DNA from: Prasinococcaceae sp. CCMP 1430
Lineage: Eukaryota > Plantae > Prasinodermophyta
Direction of reading: 5' to 3'
Assembly: GCA_013416795.1 (NCBI GenBank)
Contig: RQSC01000026.1
Span: forward strand, 321,586-385,585
DNA length: 64,000 nucleotides
Below, piece after piece: positions 1 to 10,361 of this stretch. The notes beneath the pieces were generated by a model. The model did not search any database. It had not been told where the DNA came from and was given only the letters and a program-made list of their open reading frames with translations. How positions within the stretch are numbered: the first letter of the stretch is position 1; each line of letters opens with the position of its first letter. The translations under genes were made by a program, and so were the position numbers.

Positions 1-473
1 GCGACGCGCGGGCGACGCGCGCGCGACGCAGCGAGCGCGCCGCAGAGCGCGCAGCGCAGCGCAGCGCAACGCGCCCTCTCCCGCTCTTCTCCCCCCTGCG
101 CGCGCTCCTCCTCTGCACCCCCCGGCTGCAGCCTCTGCTGCTCTGCTCTGCACTGCCGATGCCCCCTGCCCCCTGCCCCTGCAGAGCCTCTGCTGCTGCT
201 GCGTGCGCTGTGAGCGTCCGCCTGCTGACTGGTCTGACTGAGACTCGCTGCTCTGCCCTGCTCTGCCGCTGCTCTGCTCTCTGTGTGCCTCGATCGAGCT
301 CTCTCTGCTGTGTGCCTCTGCCGCTGCTGTCTGTGCAGTCGTGTGCTCTGTGTGCGCAGGCCGCAGCTCCTGCTGCTGCTGTCTGTGTCTGTCTGTCTGT
401 GGGCCCGCGTGGCGCCCCGGCCGCGCGCGCGAGCTGGCTCCGCGGCTGGGTGTGGGTCCGCGCGCCGGGGACC
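1..473. repeat. Low-complexity CTG/CT/GCGCA-rich sequence next to an assembly gap (N 474-573)
   Basis: Degenerate ctctg/ctgctg/gcgca runs; ORFs here are composition artefacts. Confidence 0.6.
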
Positions 474-745
474 NNNNNNNNNNNNNNNNNNNNNNNNNNN
501 NNNNNNNNNNNNNNNNNNNNNNNNNNNNNNNNNNNNNNNNNNNNNNNNNNNNNNNNNNNNNNNNNNNNNNNNNCGTCCCACACCTCGTACTCCGTGCCAC
601 TCATGAGCTTCCGAGGGCGGTACACGCGCGTCTTTTTCCCTGCTTTCCCCTACAGTACGTGACCTCGCCCCTCCCCCCCGCGGAGAGTTAGGGGTAGGGT
701 TTATTAAAATCGCGGTGCGAGTGCATTTTGACGTGACGGGTCTGG

Positions 746-1454
746 ATGGACGTACGCCGGTCGTCGGGCGACGCTCTATCCACTGGAAAATCAAAATCAA
801 AACGCGGTGCTGGCGCTTCCTTTGGGGGGGGGGGGGGCATCGCCGTGCGCCGCCCCATCGGCGCGGCCGTCGGCGCGCTGCCGCTCGCCGCGCACGTGCT
901 CGCGCCGGGCGCTCTGTCGTACGGCATGCTTTCAGTCCTCCTAGGCGCGGGCTACGGCGTGTATCGCACGGGGCAGCTGGGTCTCTGAGGCTGCGTGCTC
1001 AGGGGCAGGTACGTATGCAGCGCGAGCAGCTTGCCCGGCCATTTCTCGCACCGAGACGCGTGCGCGGCGCTGACGGCAGCAATCGCAGGTGGAACATAGG
1101 CGGCCGGGGCGTCGAGGTCCCGAAGAAGTACAAAGACTTTGTTGCGAGCAAGCGTGGCCAGTTCGTGCGGCAACTGCTGGCGGTGGGCCCCGCGGTCGCG
1201 TTCGCAGTGACTTGCATGCTCGCCCACATGAGAGGCGAGCTCACCTACGACGTGGCGATGCAGGTCCTCGTTGTGCAGCTGGTCATGGTGCGATCGCGGC
1301 GCGGCCGCGCCCTTGCGCGCGCTCACGCGCTCGCGCCGGCGCTCTCGTGGCGCGCGTGCGCGCGACGTGGCTGCTGACGAAACGCCGCGGCGCGCGCGTC
1401 CATGTGGCCGTCGATCAGGTCGTGCTCGCGGTCGTCATCTCATATAATAGCTGA
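746..1454 (+). CDS. Candidate small membrane selenoprotein; exons 746-1008, 1089-1287, 1419-1454; in-frame TGA at 986-988
   Basis: Intron 1009-1088 (GTACGT..CTGAC..CAG) and intron 1288-1418 (GTGCGA..CTGAC..CAG) join one frame: ..YRTGQLGL-U-GCVLRGR|WNIGGRGVEVPKKYKDF..VQLVM|VVLAVVISYNS*. Several hydrophobic helices. Start codon uncertain (746 or 927). Confidence 0.65.
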
Positions 1455-1489
1455 GCCGCAGCGAGCGATGCCAGCGACGCGCCATGCCG

Positions 1490-1575
1490 CCGCAGCGAGC
1501 ACATGACGGCACCGGGCCGCAGCGGGCAAACACTCATGCCCGAGGACGGCAGCCAGACAACGCGCGCGCTCCCGC
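1490..1575 (+). promoter_or_regulatory. SECIS-like stem-loop in 3' UTR
   Basis: ATGAC (1503-1507) faces AGAC (1555-1558) as a GA quartet; GGC/GCC, CCG/CGG, CC/GG and CGGGC/GCCCG pairings; lower helix AGCGAGC/GCGCGCT; apical AAA is further from the core than canonical. Confidence 0.45.
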
Positions 1576-1863
1576 GCAGCGCACGTCCACCGACGGCGGG
1601 GGCGCGCGCGGCTCGCAGCAGGCGCGCCACCGCGCACTATAATCTGCTGGTTTCGCGTCGACGCTCCGGGCGCCGGCTGCCCACGGCCGCTTCCGTGCGG
1701 TGGACATTTCGAGGGTGTGTACAGTACAATCAAGTAGTACTAGACAGAGTTATGAGCACCACAGCGTGAATGTTGGGTGTGGGCATGGGCGTGCGCGGGG
1801 TGTGCGCGAGGCTCCGCCCAGCCGTGCCTCGCGCGAGCTGCAAAACTGGATGGGAGCACGCGC

Positions 1864-3263
1864 TTAGATGACGGTGCCGTCGGGGATCGTCGAGCCCTTG
1901 ATGATGGTGATGATGCCCGACTTGATCCAGTAGCCCGCCGCCTCGTTCTCCGCCTCCTGCACGTTCTCCTTGTTGATGATCTGGACGTTCTTGCCGATGC
2001 GCGCGTTCTTGTCGATGATGCAGTTCTGCACCACGGAGCCCTCGCCGATGCCGATGGGCACGTCGCCCTCCGCGAGCAGCTTGGCGGCCTCGGCCTCCGT
2101 CTCGTAGTAGTCGGCGCCCATGAGCAGGCAATCCTTGACGGTCACGTTCTCGTTGATGACCGAGCGCAGCCCCACGACCGAGTGCTCGACGTTGGCGCCC
2201 TCCTTGATGAGGCAGCCGTCGCCGATCACGCTCTGCGAGACGGCCGAGTTCATGATCTTCGAGGGCGGCAGGTAGCGGCTCTGCGTGTAGATGGGCGCCG
2301 AGCGGTCGAAGAACGAGAACTTCGGGTCGGGGTCGGTGAGCGCCAGGTTGGAGTCGTAGAACGCCTTGATGGTGCCGATGTCCTCCCAGTAGCCGTCGAA
2401 GAGGTAGGCCTGCACCTTCATGCCCAGGTCCTTGGCGCCCGGGATGACCTCGCTGCCGAAGTCCATGGCCGTGGGGAAGTGCTCCTTGAGCAGGCTGAGC
2501 AGCGCGTCGCGCTTGAAGACGTAGATGCCCATGGAGGCGATGTACGGGAACTCCTTCGCGCGCTCCGCGTCGAGGCCCAGGACGGTGGTGTCCACCGCCA
2601 TCGCCTTGAGGGCGTCGCCCTTGGGCTTCTCCGCGAAGTCGATGATGCGGCCGGTGTCGTCGATCTTCATGAGGCCGAAGGCCTCGGCGCGCTCCTCGTC
2701 CATGGGGAGCGCCGACACGGTGATGTCCGCGCTGGCCTCGCGGTGCGCGGCGACGAAGGCGCCGTAGTCCATGCGGTAGAGGTGGTCGCCCGCGAGGATG
2801 AGGTACTCCTCGCACTTGGCCTCCTCGAAGAGCCAGATGTACTGGCGCACGGCGTCGGCGGTGCCCTGGAACCAGTCGGGGTTGGTGGGGCTCTGCTGCG
2901 CGGCGAGCACCTCGACGAAGCCGTCCTGGAAGGAGCCGCCGCGGTTGTACGCGCGCGACAGGTGGCGGTTGAGCGACGCCGAGTTGTACTGCGTGAGGCA
3001 GTACACGCGGCGCACCTCCGAGTTGATGCAGTTCGACACCGGGATGTCGATGAGGCGGTAGTTGGCGCCGAGCGGCACGGCGGGCTTCGCGCGCTTCTTG
3101 GTGAGCGGGTAGAGGCGCGAGCCCGCGCCGCCGCCCAGGATGATGCCCAGCACCGACGAGTTGGCCGGCGGCGCGAGGCACACGGGCGCGGCCTCCGTCT
3201 CGGTCGCGAGCGCGTTCACCTTGCCGGCCTTGCCCGCCTGCGCGCGCGGCGCGGCGCGCACCG
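1864..3263 (-). CDS. APS1: ADP-glucose pyrophosphorylase small subunit (plastid); 5' end cut by single-N join at 3264
   Basis: [73 protein letters not shown]-terminal IPDGTVI; very high GC3. Confidence 0.97.
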
Positions 3264-3264
3264 N

Positions 3265-4500
3265 AATAGCCACGGGAGACTCATCCCGAGGCGTGTGGTT
3301 TGATGAACGCGCGCGCGCGCGGTCTCACACCGGCCGCAGGTTGGCGCCCGGCATGCGCTCCGATGGCATCACCATGCAGGTTGGCGCTCGACATTCGCTC
3401 TGATGGCAATAATAGCCACGGGAGACTCATCCCGAGGCGTGTGGTTTGATGAACGCGCGCGCGCGCGGTCTCACACCGGCCGCAGGTTGGCGCCCGGCAT
3501 GCGCTCCGATGGCATCACCATGCAGGTTGGCGCTCGACATTCGCTCTGATGGCAATAATAGCCACGGGAGACTCATCCCGAGGCGTGTGGTTTGATGAAC
3601 GCGCGCGCGCGCGGTCTCACACCGGCCGCAGGTTGGCGCCCGGCATGCGCTCCGATGGCATCACCATGCAGGTTGGCGCTCGACATTCGCTCTGATGGCA
3701 ATAATAGCCACGGGAGACTCATCCCGAGGCGTGTGGTTTGATGAACGCGCGCGCGCGCGGTCTCACACCGGCCGCAGGTTGGCGCCCGGCATGCGCTCCG
3801 ATGGCATCACCATGCAGGTTGGCGCTCGACATTCGCTCTGATGGCAATAATAGCCACGGGAGACTCATCCCGAGGCGTGTGGTTTGATGAACGCGCGCGC
3901 GCGCGGTCTCACACCGGCCGCAGGTTGGCGCCCGGCATGCGCTCCGATGGCATCACCATGCAGGTTGGCGCTCGACATTCGCTCTGATGGCAATAATAGC
4001 CACGGGAGACTCATCCCGAGGCGTGTGGTTTGATGAACGCGCGCGCGCGCGGTCTCACACCGGCCGCAGGTTGGCGCCCGGCATGCGCTCCGATGGCATC
4101 ACCATGCAGGTTGGCGCTCGACATTCGCTCTGATGGCAATAATAGCCACGGGAGACTCATCCCGAGGCGTGTGGTTTGATGAACGCGCGCGCGCGCGGTC
4201 TCACACCGGCCGCAGGTTGGCGCCCGGCATGCGCTCCGATGGCATCACCATGCAGGTTGGCGCTCGACATTCGCTCTGATGGCAATAATAGCCACGGGAG
4301 ACTCATCCCGAGGCGTGTGGTTTGATGAACGCGCGCGCGCCCGGCGCGTCCGCGCGGACTCACACCGGCCGCAGGTTGGCGCCCCGCATTATTCGCTCCG
4401 AGGGCATCACCATGCAGGTTGGCGCTCGACATTCGCTCTGATGGCAATAATAACCACGGGAGACTCATCCCGTGGTTTGATGAACGCGCCCGCGCCCGGC
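3265..4500. repeat. Tandem array of a 146-bp unit: 7 identical copies (3265-4286) plus a diverged copy and a partial copy
   Basis: AATAGCCACGGGAGACTC recurs at 3265, 3411, 3557, 3703, 3849, 3995, 4141, 4287. Confidence 0.97.
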
Positions 4501-5065
4501 GCGTTTCCGTTCCCGTTCCGTTCCAACACCGCGCGCATCGGCGCGCGCCGTCGTTTCCGAAAGCATTCGCGTGGGTGTCTGAATTACGTCCTCTGCGTCC
4601 AAATTACGCTCACCGTCGAATTGCGTCACGTATGTGTATGTACTCGAGATGCGCACGGGGCATCGCATCATCCTTGGCTGCAGATCCTTCGAGACATCTT
4701 CTGAAGAAGAGGCCCGTGACTCGGAGGCATGTGTGCGCGGATGCTCCCCGCGCGGTGGCCGCTGCGGAGTGCGCCGCGCGTCGCAGGGACGGGAAACCGA
4801 CGCCCGGCTCGCGACGGTGCAGCGGGCGAGGCTGCACGCGAGGCCGCACGCGCGCGTGGTGTGCGCACGGGCGCGCGCGCCGTGGCGGAGGGTGCCCAGT
4901 GGCAACCGTTATTACTGTACATCAACCGGTGTTCGTTACAGTACAGAAGCAAGAGATACAAGGCCCTGGAGGCTCGTTCGGCCGGTCGCACTCTAGCGGG
5001 GGCTCGTCCGCAGGACGCACGCCCCCGTGGTAGTGTGTGTGTGTGTATATTGAGTGTGTGTGTGC

Positions 5066-8000
5066 TTAGGCGTCCGCGGCGGGAGCCGGGCTCTCGTCGG
5101 TGGGGACGCTGGGTCGGCGCCGCAGCCGCACGAGCCGTCTGCCGCCCCTGTCCCCGCCCCCGCCCTCGCCACTGCCGTCGGCCGCGCCCACGCGCACCCC
5201 CATGTATCGCCTGGCGAGCCACTTGGCGGTGTACCTGGTGCGATCCGATGGCTTGGCGCGCCCCAGAGTGGTGGCCGCCGCCTCCGCCGCGCGCGCCGAC
5301 GCGCGCGGTCTGCGGGCGGCCGCTCTGCGCCATGGCAGGCCTTCCCACCCTCTACCGACCCTCCGGCACGCCGGTCAGAAAGGGGGAAGGATGAAGGGGG
5401 GCAGAGGCGGGAGAGATGTGAGGGTCGGGGCTCGGTCGCCCCACGCGCGCGCGGCGCGCGCGCTGTGGCCGCTGGCCCGCGCCGCACCCCCCACCCCACC
5501 CCACCCCACCCCACCTCCCGTGCAGGAGGAGTGAGCGCCTGCCGGCGGTCACTCCGCAAGCGACGACAGCCACCCAACGCAGATCAGATATCTCGGGCCG
5601 AATTTCGCGCTTTCGCTTTCGCGCGACGCGAATTCGGAACCCGTTCGGACGCCCTCTCGCACGGCGTCGCGCGGCGATCGGGGCGCCGCCGCGGCACCCC
5701 TCCCCCCCCCCCGCTGCCTCCCCCGAGGGGGGCGGCGCCCGCCCGCCCGAGGCGATCGTCCACGGCGCGGCGCCGCGCACGCGCCTGCGGGGGGCGCCGC
5801 CCTCCCCGTGCAGCACGACGCGGCCCTCCCGCCGCTCGCGCAGACTCTTCTGCAGCACGATGCTCAGGGCGCGCGTGTAGTTGTCGGGGTTGTGATGGCG
5901 CGAGATGTGGCCCTCCGGGCCATAGGCTCCCGCGTCGGCGAGGATGTCCAGCGGGTGCGGCGAGTTGAGGAACGCGCGCTCGGCGGCCGACACCGCGCTG
6001 GCGACGCCCACGGACGACATGCTGCACGACAAGCCCACCGGCAGCGCGGGCGTGGACTCGGCGGGCGCGAGCGGTGGCAGCGGCGGCGGCGCGTCTCCCT
6101 CGTCGCCGGCGGGCGCGTCGGCGTCCTCGATGCGCTTCTGCGCGGCCCCTTGCCCCCTCCTCCTGCCGTCCCCCGCCTCGACATCCACGGCCAGGCCGCT
6201 GGCATTCCGCGCTGGGCCCACGATGGTTGTCGGCGGCGTCCAGCGGCCGGCCTTGCCCGCGCGCTCGCCGGCGTTGGCGAGCTGGTGGACCGACGAGCCC
6301 GGGGTGGACAGCATGTGCAGTCCCATCCCCTCCGGGAGCAGCGGGTGCTGCGTGGTCATCTTCAGTGGCGGCTGCAGCAGGTACATGCGCCCGATGGGCG
6401 CGAACAGCATGCTGTGGCACGCCAGGCACTCGTGGGTGCCGAACTTGTCGTTGACGTTGGCCAGCATGCGCGTCACGGCGTCCGGGTAGTAGCAGGCGAG
6501 CGCCCGCGGCACGATGTCCCTGTGCATCATCACCGAGCGGAACATGCTCGCCGGCAGGCTCCCCGTGCGCCCCATGAGCCCGTTGTGCGCGCCGCATATC
6601 GCTTGCGGCGAGCCCATGGTGTACACGGGGGCGAGGTGGTCGCGCGTGACCCTGCCCTCCTCGCGCTTGTGCAGGATGAGCGCGAGGAGCACCGCGATGG
6701 CCCCGCCCAGCGAGTGGCCCGTGAAGCCCACCCTCGGGGGCAGCGGCCTGCCGTCCTTGCCCACCTTGGGTGGGCTGTTCAAGTGCTCCAGCACGGTGGG
6801 CCTGACGATGTCGTACATCTCCATCGCGCTCTCGTAGAAGCCGCGGTGCGCGCTCACGTCCAGGCAGCCCTCGAAGGGCACGGGGTCGAAGCTCATGTTC
6901 GTCTTCCAGTGCGCGAGCGTCTGCGACCCCTGGATGACGATGTAGCGCACGTTGGTGTCCTCCTCGTCTGCGGCGAACCACTCCACGGGCTGGGGCGCCT
7001 CCTCCTGCTGCTCCTTGATGGCCTTCGCGAAGAACTTGGCGATGGTGCGCTCCATGGCGGACGCGCTCTCGCTGGGCTGTTTCGTGTCGCGCGCCGTGTC
7101 CGTCGGCTCTCCGGAGCGCGCCCCCTTGCGCCTTCGCATCGCCAGCGCGCCGTCGGCCGCGTTCGCCCTCACCGACGTCTTGCCCCAGCTGGCGCGCGCG
7201 CTGACGTAGCCGAACGAATCCGTGGCCATCAGCTCCTCCTTGCGCCTCTCGATCTCGCGCTCCTCCTTGGCCTTCTTCAGGGCCGCCGCTGCGGCGGTCG
7301 CGTGTTTCTTCTCCAGCGAGTGCGCGACGAGCTTCAGCCCGTACATCCTGCGCATGCTCTCGGGTCGCCTGGTGATGTCGGGCAGCTCGTACGTCATGGC
7401 GCTCATGGCGGCGCACTTCCGGATCGCGCGCAGCTCCTCGACCCCGACCGTCTCCAGGAACGGCGCCAGCGCCTCGCGGTCGAACGCCGGGGTCGCAGCA
7501 TCGCTGTCGCTCTCCTCGCCGTCTGTCTCGCCCCCCAGCACCACCTCCTCGTACATCGTCGTCGCGCCCGACAGCATGGCAGCCTCGCTGGCGATGCCGC
7601 TCGGTCCCTCCTCCCGCGCCTGCCTGCGCCAGTCCCTGGCGTAGTTGAGCACCAGGAAGCGCACTTTGTCGACCTCGATGCCCGCGATCGTCTCCGCGCC
7701 GGCCTTGGTCACGGCCACGGCGCTGTCGCGCACGACCGTGATGCCGCGCATGAACAGGTCGACGGTCGGCGCGCTGACGGCGCCGACGCGCTCCTGCGCG
7801 GCGCGCAGCACGCCGCCGAGCGTGCCCCCGTCCTCGCTCGAGCTCTCCTCGCTCTCTTCGACGGGGACGGCGGCCCCTTCTCCGCCCGCGTCGACGTCCG
7901 CTGCCGTGTCCACCCCGTCCGCCTCGTCGGGGCTGCCCGCGCCGCGCGTCGGCGTCTCGACCGCGTCGCACCGCCCTCGCCTCCCTCGCCTCCCTCGCCA

Positions 8001-8102
8001 CCTCGACCCTCTGCCACGCCCCCTCCCCCCACACCTGCCGCGCCGCTCCGCGCGCCGCGTGTGCCGCCCCCGCCCGCACACGCGCGCGCGCGCGCGTCCC
8101 AA
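5066..8102 (-). CDS. Class-3 lipase, PLIP (plastid lipase / phospholipase A1)-like; probable intron 5352-5514, last exon 5066-5351; start unresolved
   Basis: GFTGHSLGG nucleophile elbow, HRGFY, HRDIVPR, FLNSPHPLDIL, HHNPDNY; GT at 5514 and CTGAC..TAG at 5352 give a phase-correct terminal exon ending TAA. Confidence 0.85.
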
Positions 8103-8659
8103 CTTTTGAGAACTTTACTTTTTTTTCCTTTCGTTTTCTGCTGCGATGCTGCGCGCGCGCGCGCGCGAAAAAACGCTCCCGCCGGAACNACAGCCGTTCC
8201 GATGGCCGGCGGCGCCGCGCGCGCGCCGCCGTCCGCGAAATTTCGGTTACGAATCAGGGTTCGCGCGCGAGATGCCCCCCCCGCCTCGCAACGATTCGCC
8301 CGGGAAAAACGCGGCTTCGAATCCGGCTTCGACCCGCGGCGCCCCCCCGGACCGACCCCGCCCCCGCAGCGCGTACTTCCGAAAGCCCGCGACGCACCAA
8401 CACCGCGCAATCCTCCATGACGAAACCCCACCCAGAGCGACACACTTTCCCATTTGGGTCGCTCGCAACGCGCATCGGCGCGGTTCTTTTGCGCGGTTCA
8501 GCGCGGTTTCGACGCGAATTTGCGTCCCGCGGCGTCGCCGACCGACAAACGAAAAAAAAACGCATTCCCATTTCGCGCGCCGCTGTCCGTGGCTGCGCGC
8601 ATGGCGCGTGCGAGAGCGGGAGCGGCAGCGGGTTTGGGTCCAGCTCCCGCCCGCGCGCT

Positions 8660-8830
8660 CGGCAGAGCCTCGGCAGAGCCTCGGCACAGTCTCGGCCAGC
8701 GCCAGCAGGCCGCCTCCCTCCCTCCCTCGCTCGCTCCCTCCCTCCCTCCCTCCCTCGCTCGCTCCCTCCCTCCCTCGCTCGCTCGCTCGCTCCTTGCCAG
8801 CGGGCCTCCGGCCAGCCAGCCAGCCAGCGC
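8660..8830. repeat. CAGAGCCTCGG x3-like repeats, then (CCCT)n/(CGCT)n/(CCAG)n microsatellites
   Basis: Directly visible. Confidence 0.85.
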
Positions 8831-9314
8831 GCGCGCTCAGTCCGCGCTCAGTGCCACGTCGCTCCCGGGCCCGCGTCGCAGCGCGGCCGATGATGCCATG
8901 GGCGCGCGCGCGGCCCCGGCAGGGTGCTGGTGCTGGCTGGCCGGCCGGCGCATCCCCCCTGGCAGGCTGGCTGGCGCCCTGGCGCAGCAGCAGCAGGAGC
9001 AGCAGCAGCAGCGGCGGCCCCGACGCGAAGCCCCCCACCCCCCGGGGGGCCAGCGAGCTGAGCTGGCGCCGCGCCAGCGCGTCAGCGCGCGAGCGCGAGC
9101 GAAGCGCGCGGACCCTCTCTTTCGGTCTGGGGTATAGAACCCTAATTCCAGTAATTCGTATTTTGGGTCGGAGAGGGGCGCTCCGAAAAGCGCGCCACGG
9201 CCCGCACAGCGCGCGCTGCGCTGCGCTGCGCGCCACGGGGCGCGCGCGCGCGCGCGCGTGCGCGCGCGGGTGGCAGGGCCCCTTCCAGCGCCTCCCACTC
9301 CCCTCCGCGCCGCG

Positions 9315-10331
9315 ATGGCCGGCGCCGAGCCCGACGCGACGGGGCTGGTGCCCCCCGCCGCGACGGGCGTCAGGCGAGTGCTGCTGCTGGGTGTGTGGCT
9401 GGGCCTGGTGCATCTCAACGTCGGTGTCCTCGTGGTGCTCTTCCTCGCCCTGCGCCCGCTGTACGCGACCCTCGCGCTCGCCGCCTGGATCGCGACTGGT
9501 TTTTTGCCAGTCGCAGAGACGCGCGCGGCCGACGGCGGCTGGTTCGCCGCCGAGATCGTCCGCACAGCGGAGGCGTACCACAACATGAGCGTCGTCTTCG
9601 ACGACAAGGCCGCGCTCGAGGCAGCGGCGAGCAAAGCTCCGGTGGTCTTCGCGTACGCGCCGCACGCGGTCCTGCCAAACTGCGTCGCCGCGTTCGCCTA
9701 CGACGGGCCCGTGAGGCGGGCGCTCCATCATCTGCCCACCATCAAGGACATGCGCGTGCTCGCTTCCTCCTGCTTCATGTGGCTGCCGGTGCTTCATCAC
9801 GTGTGGACGTGGATGGGGGGGGCGCCTGTGAGTCGAAAGAAGATTCGCGAGCATCTATCCGCGGGGCGCTCCGTCGTCCTCACACCCGGCGGCGTCGCGG
9901 AGACGCTGCTGCTCGACCGCCAAGACGAGGTGCTCTTTCTCAAGAAGAGGTTCGGTTTTGTCAGACTCGCGGCAGAGCAGGGCGCGTACATCGTCCCGGT
10001 GTTCGCCTTCGGCCAACGCGACGTGTACTCGTGGTACATCCCCTTCCAGCACACAAAAATTCTGCACGCGGTGTCGCATTTCTTGCACGTCGTGCCTTGT
10101 CTGTACTGGGGACTGCTTGGCACACCCATTCCGGTGCCGAAGTCTGTGACGATCGTGGTAGGCACGCCCATACCCACGAGCGACGTGGGACGTGCTACGG
10201 GCGCCAGCAGGTACCCCGACAGAGGCGACGTGAGGCGAAAGCTGGCCGAGGTCGTGGCGGGGATGGAGGCGCTCTACCAAAAATACGCCGCGGCTTGCGG
10301 GCAGGGGCACGTAGCGTTGCGCATATGCTAA
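9315..10331 (+). CDS. DGAT2: Diacylglycerol O-acyltransferase type 2 family protein
   Basis: N-terminal TM pair, YAPHAVLP (PH block), LTPGGVAE, RFGFVRLA..IVPVFAFG, IVVGTPIP. Confidence 0.9.
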   Translation: MAGAEPDATGLVPPAATGVRRVLLLGVWLGLVHLNVGVLVVLFLALRPLYATLALAAWIATGFLPVAETRAADGGWFAAEIVRTAEAYHNMSVVFDDKAALEAAASKAPVVFAYAPHAVLPNCVAAFAYDGPVRRALHHLPTIKDMRVLASSCFMWLPVLHHVWTWMGGAPVSRKKIREHLSAGRSVVLTPGGVAETLLLDRQDEVLFLKKRFGFVRLAAEQGAYIVPVFAFGQRDVYSWYIPFQHTKILHAVSHFLHVVPCLYWGLLGTPIPVPKSVTIVVGTPIPTSDVGRATGASRYPDRGDVRRKLAEVVAGMEALYQKYAAACGQGHVALRIC

Positions 10332-10361
10332 GTGGTCACTTCAAGTGATCGAGGAGCCGTC

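Noticed and set aside
574-604. Possible start of a minus-strand gene (MSGTEYEVWD) running into the gap
   Set aside because: Only 10 codons visible
1452-1769. Read-through of the second TGA as another Sec
   Set aside because: It would translate through the SECIS-like element into non-coding-looking sequence, and the UGA is only 48 nt from the core
3265-4500. CRISPR array, or 5S/SL/snRNA array
   Set aside because: Units are identical with no unique spacers; no cas genes; no recognisable 5S or snRNA motifs. The C/D-like boxes have no evident rRNA guide
4500-5060. ORFs or ncRNA between the array and the lipase
   Set aside because: No motif, coding bias or recognisable RNA family
8146-9314. Long Arg/Ala/Pro-rich ORFs
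   Set aside because: Products of microsatellites and high GC content
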